Notes: generated by a model not told the origin, from the letters alone. Counted from the stretch's first letter, positions 31,866 through 48,219 are shown. The stretch is 64,000 nt of DNA from the human T2T-CHM13v2.0 reference genome, Homo sapiens (GCF_009914755.1 NC_060934.1), one strand, 5' to 3'. Numbers and translations are program-made.

Positions 31866-33469
31866 TGATTCTATTTTTTTTAAAAAAAGAAAATTAATAA
31901 AGAATTCACGAAGGAAGAGTCTAAGGATATTGACCAAACTTGTGTGGGTATTTTTATTTCATTCTTTGGCTTTTAAAATATTTTATAAATTTTCTTCAAT
32001 GAATACATAGAAATGAATATCAAATAAATGAATATTGAAAAAAATTGTTGGTAATCAGGAAAAGATGCCATTTAATTACTTTAATGCAAGAGGGGTAGAG
32101 TGCAGTTCAGAACCATTGTTAGTTACGTTCCATCTCTTGGGTAAATCTAGGCTTCAGAGTCTCCTTTCGAATAGGGTGATTACTGCAGATAAACTCAAAG
32201 ATCCTCTACAACTCTAATGTCTTACCACATTATTATGCCTCTCTGTGTCCTGTAGCACCAGGTATGAACCTCATCATAGCAGCCATCACAAGGTGAGTCA
32301 TTCTCAGTTATGTGTTTGCTTCTCCAATGGACTGGAGCACCTTGGGGGCAGAAACAGTCTTGTAGCTCTTCTCTTTGACACGAGCATCTGGTTTCGAGTG
32401 ACAAAAAGGAAATTACTATTCATTCTTGGAACTACCAAGTCCAGAAATAGATCTATTTCAGATGTAGCTGGATCTAGTGTCCAAATGATTCTACCCAGAG
32501 TCTGTCTCTCTCAGCTCTATGTTGGTTTCTGTTGGCCTCTGTCAGGCTGCTGGCAGCCTCAAGCTCAAATTCTTACAACTTCTGTCTCCACTGGGGGAGA
32601 GAGATTAATCTTCTCAGTAGTTCCACAGAAGTCCCAGGATTGCTTTTCTTTGTGTTCCATGCACAGCACAGTGGCCAGGGGCTTAGCATATGCCAGATAC
32701 GCCTCCTGTGGCTGGTAGGAGTCATGCGGGGAGGGATGCAAGGCTGGTCTCTCCTAAAACAGCCACATGCACCAAGAGTAGGACTGGTGGTTTCCCAAAG
32801 GACAATCAAGATGCTGTCACCAGAAAAGGGGGAAACGAATTCTGGGCGAGAAAATAACAGTGAAATCTCCACTTGTGCCCCCAGCCCCTTGAACCACGCT
32901 GGGCATCAACTGGGTAGGGCCTCAGTGAAGCTTGTAGAATGAGTGAAGGGTCAATGCAAACTGTCACTACCCCCATCCCATAGAGAAACTTAAATCTCAC
33001 TCGATTCTGATTACCCAGGTACAGCCTGACTTATGATTTCTATGATTATAAATTCTGGCTCCTAGTTTTTCAAATACTTGGCTTAATCTCAGCTACTTAC
33101 AAAAATTTGAGGTTATTTTTATAAAGTCATTTTTATAAAGCCATTTGCCTCTTCAGCCTTTATACACATTCATTTTCTTAGAGTCAAGTAAGAATTTCTG
33201 TTGGATTAATATACACGAACATGACCATTGTAACTCTCAGTTCCAATCCAGGCACTGTCATTAACTGATTTATGCTTTGTCTTTGAAAGACTGTTGAAAT
33301 ATTTCTCTTTATAGTATGTGGGAAATAGTCCAACTCAAATACAGGTTATTTTACTTCATAATTGTAAAACTCTCTTGCCAGAGAAGCAAAGCAAAGAGCA
33401 GTAGGGATTCTAGTATTCAACACTCCACTTTAATGCAGGATTTTTCCTAGTGATTAAATTTCTATATTA

Positions 33470-33880
33470 TGATTTTTAAAGATTTAATACAAGCATATGT
33501 AAAAAAATTAAATAGTACATAAGAGTATATAATGAACAATAAGTCTTTCTTCTATCCTTGATCCCCTTTCATGGAGGCAACTACTGCCAATCATTTTTTA
33601 TGTATCTTTCCAGAGATATACAATGCAAACATAAGCATATTTAAAATTTGCAAATATAACATGTACTTATCGCCATAGCTCCTTTTTCTTTTTACATAAA
33701 TGGTAAGAGCAATGCACCTGTTATGCATTTGTTCTACTGAACATTATATCTCAGAGAGTGTTCCATATTAGAACAAACAGCTCTACCTTGTTCTTTTTAA
33801 TGACTGCATAGAATTCTAATATAAGGATATACTATAATTTTCCTAACCACTCCTCTACTGATGGATATTTAAGTCGTTGA
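33470..33880 (-). mobile_element. L1ME-like 3' end
   Basis: gaggcaactactg, ctctaccttgttctttttaatgactgcatag, tgatggatatttaag. Confidence 0.7.
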
Positions 33881-33885
33881 GTTGA

Positions 33886-33943
33886 GCACTCCAGCCTGGG
33901 CAACAGAGCAAGACTCCATCTCAAAAAAAAAAAAAAAAAAAAA
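33886..33943 (+). mobile_element. Alu 3' terminus fragment with A tail
   Basis: gcactccagcctgggcaacagagcaagactccatctc followed by an A tail; no TSD seen. Confidence 0.9.
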
Positions 33944-36629
33944 AGACATCACTGAGGAACTTACCAAAGTAAAGTAAGAGTAAGACAAAATAAGATTTTA
34001 AGAGTAAACAAAAATAAAGACGTCTGGCGTGACAATTGGGATTTGTGCATCAAATGAGAGGCTCAGGGGAAGGCCTAGGCGGACTTCCAGAACAATGACT
34101 GTTTAGCCTAAAGCTAAACTTAATTTTCATTTTTAAGTTCAGCCTAAAGTTTTCTTGTGCATAATGAATTGCAATCTAACTGGATGTGTGAACATACTGT
34201 AACCTACTCTTGTGCCAGTCCCTGAGTTTTGACCAATCAAAGGCAGCCAAGTGTTCAAACTGTGTTCAAATAGGCAAATGCCAAGTTGTAGCCAATCCAG
34301 CTGTTTCTGTACCTCACTTCCATTTTCTATATGTCACTTTCCTTTTTCTGTCCATAAATCTTCAACCATATGGCTGCTGCTGGAGATCCTCTGAACCTGT
34401 TTTGTTTTGGGGGCTGCCCAATTCACAAATCACTCTTTGCTTAATTAAACTTTGTTAAATTTAGTTTGTCTAAATTTAGATGGTGTCAAAAGTAGAATTT
34501 GAAGTAGAGATTCCAGTGTCTCCCAGGAGCACCAAGGGACCAAGCAGGGACCTGCCGAGCCCCATTGTGTCCATTGCTAAATCACGGCAACCGGGGATCA
34601 TAAGTTCTCTCTTGGATTCCAGAGCTCCACGGATTTGTGTTTTGAGCTATCTGAGGTTGAGCACATTTTTTATCTGAACTAGATTCAGAAGTCATGACAA
34701 AAGCTGGTCTGGGTCAGGCACTGAACTGGATCCAATAATTAACTGACTTGGATCCAGTTAGAGGCCTCGGATGCCTGAGGGGGTCAGGCAGAAACTGGCA
34801 GTAGATGGCAAAACTGCAGGGGTGCAAACTTTAGCTTTTGGAAATTTGCAGATATTTTTGTGTTCTACCCCCTTTCTTTTTCTTGCACACTTTAAGTAGG
34901 GAAAAATCATTGACTAAGTTGATTAAGAGAATATGAGAACCAAAGCCAAGATTCAAGGTAAAAATGAGATCCTTAATTTCTTCAGAAATTCAGAAATTAA
35001 GGAATCTACCTTCCAACTATGCCTACATTTACATGTATGAATATTAGGTCCCAGAAGCAGTAAATGCTATAGAAATGGCAAAATCTTACCAAAGATAATT
35101 TAACATTACAATGGAACATTCCAGATGGACAACACTGCACTTTAAGAAATACATTTGATGATGGCCACAAAGAGCTGTTAAAAAACAAAAAATTGAATTT
35201 GAAAATGAGGGCTCCCGAATTAGAGTCATCCAATGATGCCTATTAATGTGAAGCTTCTAAAAAGATTTCAATGTTTTTATTGCTTTCAAAGAAAATACTC
35301 TTTATAAAAGGCAAATAAAAAGCTTAACCGTTTAATTGATAAGAAGAATTAAATCTGCTAAATGTTTGGCTTGGTTACTATCCTACCCTGAAGGCAAAAA
35401 GAAAGCTATCCTGGGTAAAATGTTTATAAAACATTTTGGTAGACTTGTTAGAGATGAAATAGACTTGCTTCCTTTTCAGATCTATCCATGCTGAGTCCAG
35501 GCATAGAGAATGCTTTCTTTGCTTTATTCCTTAACAGACTCCGCTCTGAACTCAGTAATTTTAGCTAAGAAACAGTAGCTAAGTTAAAAAAAAAAAACAA
35601 AAAAAAACAACTACAACAACAAAAAAAACACCACTCCTAGAACGAAAATACACCTTTCTGGCATTTAACTGGCTATTTTGAAACCTTTTTTAAAAAGAAA
35701 TTTACATCTATATAGGAAATCTGCATTTGTAAGGGTGTCTGCCTGTATACATAAGAAACTTACAATTGTTTTAAATTTACATAACAACTCATACCTTTGT
35801 TTAAGGCACTTTTCTGGACAGCCTGTTTTAAGTAAACTTTTACTTACACTATTTTTTCCTTGGCTAGAGTGAATGATGGTACAGTATTTAGGTCTCAAAT
35901 CTTATTTCTGTGCTTTTGAGATATAAACTTTCTACCTTGTTTCACCTGAGTTGTCCCTTTAGAAATGCAAGTTTAGGGTTGCCTAGCTAACAATTACTTA
36001 GGGCAATGAAACACATAATTGGAAGATGGATAGTGTGAATGAGGAAAAGAAAAACTATTTCGAAGCTAGCAAATGAGAATCTTTGTGAAGGGTATAAAAT
36101 CTGCTTCTGTCTGTGTGTCTGTATATCTATATGTGTTATGTGTATGTGATAGTATTTGGTAAATAAAGCCAGTTTGAAAATTGTTGATAAAATAGGAATG
36201 GATTCAAAATTGCCAGTTGAAAATAATTAGACACTTGCTTGATTTGACAGACTGTGAACTTATGTTTTTGGTTTTGAGCCTCTGGAGTTGGGGGTCTGAA
36301 TAAGTGGCCATGGTAAGGCCTAGGGACATGTTCTCAGTGCCCAGACCAGCAGCTACCAAGCAGAATCAGGCCCAATATGGCCCCTTCTTAACCTGCCTCA
36401 GCTTTGCCTCCTGGCTATTCTGGGAGGGGTTCCATCTTCCAGGCCTCTCCTTCACAGCTCTGTCTTCTGTCCTTAGCTCTACAACTAGTATGTAAATTCA
36501 GGACTCAGGCCCTGCCCTTCACAGCCTTCCTGGGTGCCACTTGGCTACTTGGGACCCAGGATGACTGTGGAAAACATTAGAAGAGGGTTCCTTTGTCATA
36601 GTTTCAAAATTCTTTTCAGTAATTTAGAA

Positions 36630-36897
36630 TCTTTTTGTTTGAGACAGAGTCTCACTCTGCCACTCAGGCTGGAGTGCAGTGGCGTAATCATAGCTCACTC
36701 CAGCCTCGAATTCCTAGGCCCAAGTGATCCTCAAGTCAGCTGGGACTAAAGGTACACACCACCACACCCAGCTAATTTTTTAAAAAAAATTTTGCTATGT
36801 TGCCCAGGCTAGTCTCAAACTGTTGAACTCAAGCAATCCTCCTGCCTTGGCCTCCCAAAGTGTTGGGATTACAAGCGTGAGCTACCGTGCACAGCCA
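36630..36897 (-). mobile_element. AluJ inside MER57 internal region
   Basis: Antisense Alu with deletions; flanks agtaatttagaat / agtaatttaaaat. Confidence 0.9.
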
Positions 36898-37609
36898 GTA
36901 ATTTAAAATATTAAATTCATGTTATGTTTGATTAAATAATAGATAATCATAAAATCTCTAAGTCATTTGTAAGCTAAAATACTAAAACAATAATAAACAT
37001 AAGTTTAAGTTTATATACTTTGACATCTTATTTTTATATGATATAGAAAAGCTAAATATACTTAATGAACAATAATTTAAGGATGCATATTTCTAAAAAA
37101 TTATAAAATAGTTTTCATCTATAAATACTGATACAAAACAGTTCAAAATTATTTGCTAGGGTTTTCACTAGAACTTAGGTTACTAAGAGTTTAAATTACA
37201 GTTAATATATGTAATTAAAACTACTAGATGTAAGACAAACAATTCTGTATAAAGTGTATAAACAAGCAAGATGTGCTTTTAGTGAGGAAAGCTATAAAGT
37301 GTGTGTTTGTTAAAAAGACTTTTTTTTGTCTAGTTTGAAGTTACTTAAAGGTTCTTTCAAGTAGAAGGAATAAAAAAGATGTAGATGAAACTCATATAGA
37401 AAGTTGAAAAGAAAAAGAATTGTATAAATGTACGAGAGATTACGAAAAGTTTATGGAAATCTGGTGTGGTCAAAAGCCAACCGAGGTTTGTTTATAAGGT
37501 TTTATTAAAATTAGCTTTGATATCAATAAATACACTAATACAAAAGTAAAATTTTGTTTTATCTTTTGAAAAAAAAATTTCATGTAGTATTAATAAGACA
37601 AGTAAAAGT

Positions 37610-38009
<400 letters not shown>

Positions 38010-39078
38010 TCAGGTCTTTTGATTGCTTGGGTAACTGTGTCTTCTTACTATCAGAGAATAAAGATTTGTGCTTTTAAAAACTTTTTCATTATCACATTGG
38101 CTATATAAATGACTATTATTTTACAATGACCTGTGATTCTATTTGGCCAAGTGTTTTAAACCTTTGGCATATTTGACAAGCTTCCTGAAATCACATTTCA
38201 ACTTCAAAATTTGTCTTTTTTGTTGTTGTTTTTGACCTCTAACTTCAGGGTGCTAAAGAGGGCCTCTGAAGCATACAAAAGAGAGATAAACAGTATTGAT
38301 ATGTTAAATTACATGGAAAGCATTGTCAAATAAGAAATACTGTTTAACCTTCTTCAAGTTATATTTTTATAAATGTTATTAATATATGTTCTAAAATTGT
38401 ATGGAATTCCTAAAATTCTGATATGTCTGTATGCTATCAGCCATAATTATGGTTATATTAAATTTTTGTAGGTCACAAAATAACCAAATTTCCTTCTCAA
38501 TTGTACTCTTTAACTGTGATCATTTTAAGTCATTTCCACAGTTAATTGCTTACTTCTGATACAGTTTCTGGAAACTTCACAAGCAAGCAAAATCCTAGAG
38601 CATTGTGTCTTCAAGGAGTTTCATGAAAACGATAAAAAGAACCCTGACAAGCACTCTTGAATAAGGCTTCTGATAGCTTTAGGATAATAACATTTGGACT
38701 TGGTAAGAATTCCCAGAATTCTAATGAAGAAACCGACTGGTTTATAAAATTGCTAACCTAAGCAGGATAAAAATTAATTGGATACCAAGAAAATACTTTG
38801 CCAGATTTTCAAGCTAAATCAGTCAGTATTGAAATTGTTTAAATATGCAATTTGAATGAATTTCATGCTCCAAGTCAAATGATAACTCATCTAATAAACA
38901 GTGCTATGCTCCTAAATTGAAGAAACGAAATTGATATTCAAGAGGGTATAAGTTCAATGTTAAGCATGGACTTATGGAGAGCCTGGATGGCAAACTAGAC
39001 CTTCTTGGTCCTTAAAGCTTCCAATATTAAAAGCTTTGCATTCCATGACTTATAATGGAAGAAATAAAAATATAAATT

Positions 39079-39112
<34 letters not shown>

Positions 39113-40248
39113 ACTATTCTAAACTGCTGAAATAATTTATGACCAATGTTTGCTTTGTCAAACCCAAAATCCTGCAAAGATGATCAAAACTTCAGGTACA
39201 TTTCTGATACCTGATGGCCTGTTTAAACATTTATAGAGGGATTTCATGCAATTGTTATTTTCAATGCATGTTTTCTGGTTGTATAGAAGGTTTCCCATGC
39301 AAGAAGATTGATGTTATTACAGCAGCTAAAAGGTTATTAGAAATTGTTTTTCTCTAATGGGACATTTCTGGAGAAATCTCTAGTGATAGAGGTACTTGTT
39401 TCACTGAACAAGTTGTAATAGTTAAATATGGTATTACAGATACAATAGCAATAAATAAAACTAACTGAATATTGAATTGCCTTGGTCAGAGGTATTGCAG
39501 AATGATGACAGTCAGATCCATTTAAAGCGGAAAACATAAGTTGACCCCTTATGCAATAATCACTGGAAGGCTTATGCACTTAATAATAGAAGCTCATTAT
39601 CTTTTATCACTAAACTCTGATATGACTAAATGCGGCAAGACTTTTAATGCATTGTGCCAAAGTGTATTTTCACCAGGTGAAGAGGTTTTTCATGGTCCAC
39701 TGACTAAGGACGATCAAACCCTTCACAGTCTATAATAGAACCTGGAGACTGGGTCTTCTAAGAACAACATCAAAGAAAAACTACCTTTGCCACCCGCACT
39801 GCGGCAAAACTTGAGGATCTTGAACCTTGAGTTCACAACTCAGAAGCTCCCCTCCAGACTCTTGGAACTATATAGCCATTGGGTACCTAAGATAAAGCTA
39901 ACCAGGGAAGTTTCTCCCCAGAAACAGACAGCATCTTTGACATACACAGCTTTTTCCCAAGAGCATGTTTTAAGGCTTCTCTGCTATCATGAGATTCTCA
40001 TCTCTAAATTTTTTCCTTGCCTATGTCTCTGTGAACAATAGAACTGAAAAAGGGGCCTCTTGTGTGCACTCATGAGGTATACATTTATTTTTGGAGGATG
40101 TCACAGCCAGCCTTATCAATAAACAATCTTCTGCCTTGACAGACGGAAGAGGAAGGGCCAATGTAAGTGAGAAATTTTAATGGTAACTTTGTTGCTTCAT
40201 TATCTATCAAAACCAGAACATTTGTCCACACCTCTTAACCTACATCAT

Positions 40249-41060
<812 letters not shown>

Positions 41061-41402
41061 AAATATTTGCAAGCAGCCATCCATAAAATGTCAAATGGTC
41101 TTTCTTCAACTGGAATGATAAAAACTAAAAGAAATATGAACATGGGGTAACGTAACCTAAGAATGATATGCTGAGAGTGGAAACCCAAAATGATGATAAC
41201 TGAGAGTGGTGCTAAGGCTGTAAGTTTTGGTTATACTCTCACCTAAATGAGAACCTAACCAAAAGGGGAGAATTTTTAAACAAAATGATGGGAGACCATT
41301 ATTTTGGATTGAGCTCAGGTAGTAGGCCACAACAGACCAGACCAAACCAAACCAAAATGGAGTCACTCATGCTAAATGCGACATAATCAAATTGAAATTT
41401 TA

Positions 41403-41684
<282 letters not shown>

Positions 41685-41875
41685 TCAATGGGATTTAAGA
41701 CAGCATAAGGATATTTAGCATGGTAGTAGAGTAACATCAATGCCTACAGTTTTGGTCAATCTCTCAAAACTGGGGAATTGCTAAATTAAATTTAATCCAA
41801 AGCGCCTACTTACATATTTTAAGTTTGACCTAACTTATGGTATCTTCATACTGAATAAACTGTAACCTAACTGGA

Positions 41876-42513
<638 letters not shown>

Positions 42514-42879
42514 CTGGATTTGTAAACAGACTGTAAACTACTCTTGTGTTGATCACTGAGTTTTGGCCTATCAAAGGCGGCCAACTCTTCAAACCGCATT
42601 CAGATAAGGCAATTGCCAAGCTGTAACTGATCCAGCCAGTTTTGTACCTCATTTTCATTTTCTGTCTGTCACTTTCCTTTTTCTGTCCATCAATTTTCAA
42701 CCATGTGGCTGCTCCGGAGACTCTCTGAACCTATTCAGGTTCAGGAGTTGCCAGATTTGTGAATCATTCTTTGCTCAGTTAAACTCTGTTTAATTTGTCT
42801 TAGGTTTTTCTTTTAACACTCAGTTGTAACTCTATTGCCTACATAAGTTGGAGAATGAATATGGCTCTGGAGTGACTGA

Positions 42880-42971
42880 CTGACTGGCTTGCTCAGGACT
42901 GAGATATTTTCCAGGACTTTTGATTTTAAAACCAGGACAGTCCCAGGCAACCCCTGATAGTTGGTTACCCT
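42880..42971. mobile_element. MER94-like hAT-Blackjack fragment
   Basis: aaaaccaggacagtcccaggcaa...gttggttaccct terminus. Confidence 0.6.
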
Positions 42972-43399
42972 TTTTGGGTATTGAAAGGCTCTGAGCCATA
43001 CTATGTGACCATTCTATTTCATTAATCTTTCTATTCTGAATCCTTCCTCTGATATTCTGTGGCTAGACCTTATCCTGAGTTATAGACCTGGGAATAATGC
43101 CTTGAAAGTTAAATGGTTCCTTTGGATAAAGTAAGTCTATTAACCAAAGACAAGTCCATTTGCAATGGACTTGAGCTCTCTGAGTCTTTATTGAAGTCTT
43201 GAGCTCTCTATTAAAATCAAGTAATCTCTATTAAACACAAGTAATCACTGGCTGATTCAGGTGCTTTATAAATCTATTTTAATAATTTGCTGGAGGTTGT
43301 AAATTATAACAAGGTGAATGAAGCCAGTGATGAAGTGTTGTGTTGGGATAGCTTTCTCCCTGAGAGGAGAAACTGAGGCAGATAAGAACTGAGAAATGG

Positions 43400-44235
43400 A
43401 TAGAAAATTATCCAAAGAAGTTACACAAATTGGCCAATAAACACATGAAAAATGTTCAATATCATTAGCCATCAGGGAAATGAAATGCAAAACCATGAGA
43501 CAGCACTTCACACTCACTAGGATGACTATAATAAAAAAGACAGACAGTAACAAGTGTGGGGGAGGATGTGGATAAATTGGAACCCTAACACATCACTGAT
43601 GAGATTCTAAAATGGTGCAGTCACTTTGGGAAACAGTCTGGCAGTTCCTCAAATGGCTAAACAACAGGTTGACGTATAACCTAGCAATTCCACTCCTCAG
43701 TGTATGCCCAAGAGAAATGGAAACACATATCTACACAAAAACTTGCATGTGTGTGTTCACAGCAGCACTAGTCACAATAGCCATAAGGTGAAAACAACCA
43801 AATGTTCATTGATAATGAATAAATAAAATGTGGTATATCCATATGATGGAATATTTATAAAATATTTCATAAAAGAAATACTGATACATGGTACAACATG
43901 GATGAACCTTAAAATACTACGCTAAGTGAAAGAAGCCAGACACAAAATGCCATATACTCTATGACTGCATGTCTATGAAATATCCATACCAGGCAAATCT
44001 ATAAAGAGACAGTAGATTAGTGATTGCCAGACTCTTGGGTTGGGGGTGGGGGTTGGGAAAATTGTGGAGTGATGGTCAAGGAGTGCAGGAAGTTTAGGGG
44101 GTAATGAAAATATTATAAATTTGATTTTGATGATAGATGCACAACTCTGTGAATATACTAAAATTCATTGAATGGCACACTTTAATTGGGTGCATTTTAT
44201 GCTATGTGAATTACATCTCAGAGCTGTTAAAGAGA
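43400..44235 (+). mobile_element. L1MB-type 3' fragment
   Basis: L1 ORF2-end and 3'UTR to gtgaattacatctcagagctgttaaag. Confidence 0.9.
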
Positions 44236-45499
44236 AAGAAATAGAAGATTGTTCTGAGCTTTGCTTCTGTTTCATGGCACAACCAAGACCGCATTACAAA
44301 CCTGACTCAACAAGGTTACGTGAAACTCAGGCTCAGCAAGTCCCCACCTCATCAGACTCTCTCTTCATGTCAGTGAGAAAAGTGCCAGGAATGTTAAGTT
44401 CTTCTTACTATGGGATTTAAAAAAGGAAGTGACCAGGTCACTATCTGTATTAGTCAGCGTTCTCCAAAGGGACAGAACTAATAAGATATATGTATATATG
44501 AAAAGGAGTGTAATAGGGAGGATTGGCTCACATGATTACAAGGTGAAGTCCTATGACAAGCCATCTGCAAGCCAGGGAAGAGAGAAGCTGGTAGTAGGTC
44601 AGTCCAAGTCTGAATGCCTCAACACCAGGGAAGCAGATAATACAGGCTTCAATCTGTGGTCAAAGGCCCAAGAGCCCCCAGCAAGGCACTGATGCAAGTC
44701 CTAGAGTCCAAAGGCCAAAGAACCTGGAGTCTGATGTCCAAGGGCAGGAGGAAGAAAAGAAAGAAGACTCAGCCAGCAAGGTTATTCCACCTTCTTCTGC
44801 CTGCTTTGTTCTAGTCACACTGGCAGCTGATTGTATGGTGCCCCCCACATTGAGGGTGGGTCTTCCTCTCAGTCCACTGACACAAATGTCGATCTCCTCT
44901 GGCAACACCCCTCACAGACACACCCGAAATAATACTTTACCAGCCATCTAGGCATCCTTGAATCCAATCAAGTTGACATCTAACATTAATTTCACAAGTC
45001 CACACCTTGTCAATTGGGCACCCATATACATCTCCTGAAATCATACTTAATCTCCAAATAAAGACAATAAGAAGGTCATAATTACACCTACCAGAACACA
45101 ACTATTCTTCATACAACCGAAAGCACACTAATCTTTAACCTAAATGCTATTACATAAAGTTAGCACTTAAATACTGCTATGAAGTCAATAAATCTTATGT
45201 TACATGATAAAGGTAAAAGCAAGTAAATGAAGATATTTCTTCAATATGGGTGTAAACATGCACAAACATATTCTTAACAAAATAAACAGGAATTACAGTC
45301 CTCATTTCTGCAAGTGGTCATAGCTCATATTGATAACTACCTTCTTCTACTACACATTCTATATTCCCTTTGCCTTCAGCAAGCCCCTTAGCTGGTGATT
45401 TTTTACCTGGTGGAGTGAACTAAATCTTCATCCTTGAAGGGCCTGGGTTATTTGTAGTCATGCCTGGATTGCATTTTTATAGTTTCCCATTGATCTTAA

Positions 45500-48219
45500 T
45501 CACAGGGCATGGTAATACTAAGAGATGGCCTAAGGAATCTCCTGTATTCCAGACATGCTCTTCTTGACCTCCATTGTGTAGTAGTAGACTGATTTTATCT
45601 TGATAGTTCGGGTCAATCACCCCAGTCAACACTGTAACTCCTCTTAGCCTGTTGACTTAGAGGCAGGAGGAGCCCAAAGTGGCAAGGTGATAGTCTTAAC
45701 TTCCAGTTCAATTGAATCATTGTGTCTTCTGGTGGCAACATTCTTCCCTCTGGAACTAAGACCTCTAGGCCTTAATTGACAGCAGAATGTAACGTTGCAG
45801 GAACAGGAAGCAAACGTTTTGCTAATGAGTCACTAGGGGTGACGGTGAGTGGTGCCACTTTCACTTCTACCCCTTGATTCCTAGACAGGCTATGGGAGAA
45901 GCAGTTTCATACATTGAATGCTGATTCAGAGCACCCACCGTCTTCTGCAGAACTTTGCCCCAGGCCTGCAAAGTATTGTCACCTAGTTGGTGCTGTGATT
46001 GTGACTTCAAAAGGCCATTCTTCCCATTCTATCAAGCCATCTGCTTCAGGATGATGGGGAATATAGTAAGACCAGTGAATGCCATGAGCATGAGCATACT
46101 GCCACATTTCTTCAGCTGTGAAGTGAGTTCCTTTTTCAGAGGCAATTGTATGTGGAATACAATGATGGTGGATAAGGCATTCTGTGAGTCCATGGATGGT
46201 AATCTTGGCAGAAGCATTGCATGCAGGAGAGGGAAATCCATATCCAGAGTAAATGTTTATTCCAGTAAGAACAAACTGCTGCCCTGTCCATGGTGTAAGA
46301 GGTCCAATGTAATCAATCTGCCACCAGGTAGCTGGCTGATCACCCCAAAGAATGATGCCGTACTGAGGGCTCAGTGTTGGTCTCTGCTGCTGGCAGATTG
46401 GGCAATCGGTGGTGGCTGTAGCCAGGTCAGCTTTGGTAAGTGGAAGTTCATGTTGCTGAGCCCATGCATAACCTCCATCCATTGCCACCATGGCCATTTT
46501 GTTCATGAGCCCATTGGGCAATGACAGGGTTGGCTGGGGAAAGAGGCTGAGTGGTGTCCACAAAATGGGTCATCCTATCTACTTGATTATTCAAATGCTC
46601 CTCTGCTGAGGTCATCCTTTGGTGAGCATTCATGTGGGACACAAATATCTTCACGGCTTTTGACCCCTCAGAGAGGTCCACACACATACCTCTTCCCAAG
46701 ATTCATTTGTCACCAATTTTCCAGTTATGCTCCTTTCAAGTCCCTGACCATCCAGCCTAACCATTGGCTACAGCCCACTAATCAGTATATAATCCCACAT
46801 CTGGCCATTTCTCCTTCCAAGGAAAGTGCACGACCAGGTGCACTGCTCAAAGTCCTGCCCACTAGGAAGATTTCCCTTCACCTCTGTCCTTCAGGCATGT
46901 CCTAGAAAGGGGCTGTAGTGCTACAGCTGTCCACATTCAGGTGGTGTCTGCATACTGTGCAGTACCATCTGTAAACCAGGCCCTAGTCTTGTCTTCCTCT
47001 GTCAACTGATCATAGGGAAATCCCCATGAAGCCATGGGTGCAGCCTGGGAGAGAGAAGGCAGGGTGGTAGGAGTGGGGACCACGGGCATTTGACCCACTT
47101 CCTCATGTAACTCTCTTGTGCCTTCAGGACCTGCTCAAGCCCAATCATGTATATACCACTTCCATTGAATGACAAAATGCTGTTGTCCATACCCAACTTT
47201 ATGGCTAGATGGGTCAGAAAGCACCCAGTTCATGATAGGAAGTTCAGGTCGTGGAGTAGCTTGGTGACTTGTAGTCAAAGGTTCAGTTTCCACCAAGGCC
47301 CAGTAACAGGCCAAAAGCTGTCTCTCAAAAGGAAAGTAGTTATCTTCAGAAGATGGTAGGGCCTTGCTCCAAAATCCTAGAGGCCTCTACTGTGATTCAC
47401 CTATGGGGCCCTGACAAAGGCTCCAAACAGTATCCCTATCTGCCACTGACACCTCAAGCACCATTGGGTCTGCTCGGTCATATGGCCCAAGTGGCAGAGC
47501 AGCTTGCACAGCAGCCTAGACCTCTTGCAGAGCCTTCATTTGCTCTGGGCCCCACTCAAAACTAGCAGCCTTTTGGGTCGCTCAATAAATAGGCCAGAGT
47601 AACCCACCCAAATGAGGAATGTGTTGCCTCCAAAATCCAAATATGCCCACTAGGCCTTGTACCTCTTTCTTGGTTGTAGGAGGGGACAAATGCAACAATG
47701 TATCCTTCACCTTAGAAGGAATATTTCAACAGGCCCCTCACCAGTGGACCCCTAGAAATTTCACTGATATAGAAGGTCCATGAATTTTAGTTGGATTTAT
47801 TTCCCATACCCTGACATGAAAGTGTTTCACCAATAAGTCCCGAGTGCTTGCTACTTCTCACTCACTGGGTCCAATTAGCATAGTGTCACTGATGCAATGA
47901 ACTAGTGTGATATCTTGTGGAAGGGAAAAGTGATCAAAATCTCTGTGAGCAAGACATTGCTGGCCTTGCTGGCTGAAGGCAAATTGCCTCTGGTAGGCCT
48001 TATGGACAGGAGTAAGAGGCAAATTGCCTCTGGTGGGCCTTATGGACAGGAGTAAAGAAAAAGTTACCAGGTACCAGGAGATGTGTTAATTTGCTCAAAC
48101 AATGAACCACATCTAGTATAGCAGCTGCAATTGGAGTCACCACTTCGTTAAGCTTATGATAGTCCACTGTCATTCTCCAGATCCATATGTCTTCTGCATA
48201 AGCCAAATAAAAGAGTTGA
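45500..48219 (-). pseudogene. ERVL pol remnant (RT, RNase H, integrase) followed by dUTPase
   Basis: ORF 45979-46563 WAQQHELPLTKADLATATTDCPICQQ...WWQIDYIGPL (integrase); [11 protein letters not shown] (RT); catalytic HYIDD decayed to HCISD (~47872-47909); GVIDPNYQDKI dUTPase motif ~45590-45625; many frameshifts and stops. Confidence 0.93.

Noticed and set aside
34481-34498. All three PBS mismatches are G>A, suggesting APOBEC3 editing
   Set aside because: Three sites are too few, and ordinary transitions explain them.
45955-46563. 189-aa and 194-aa overlapping ORFs as a functional integrase or antisense gene
   Set aside because: Fragment of decayed ERVL pol bounded by frameshifts; the second catalytic Asp is altered (ASEKG for ASDQG) and the plus-strand ORF is its shadow.
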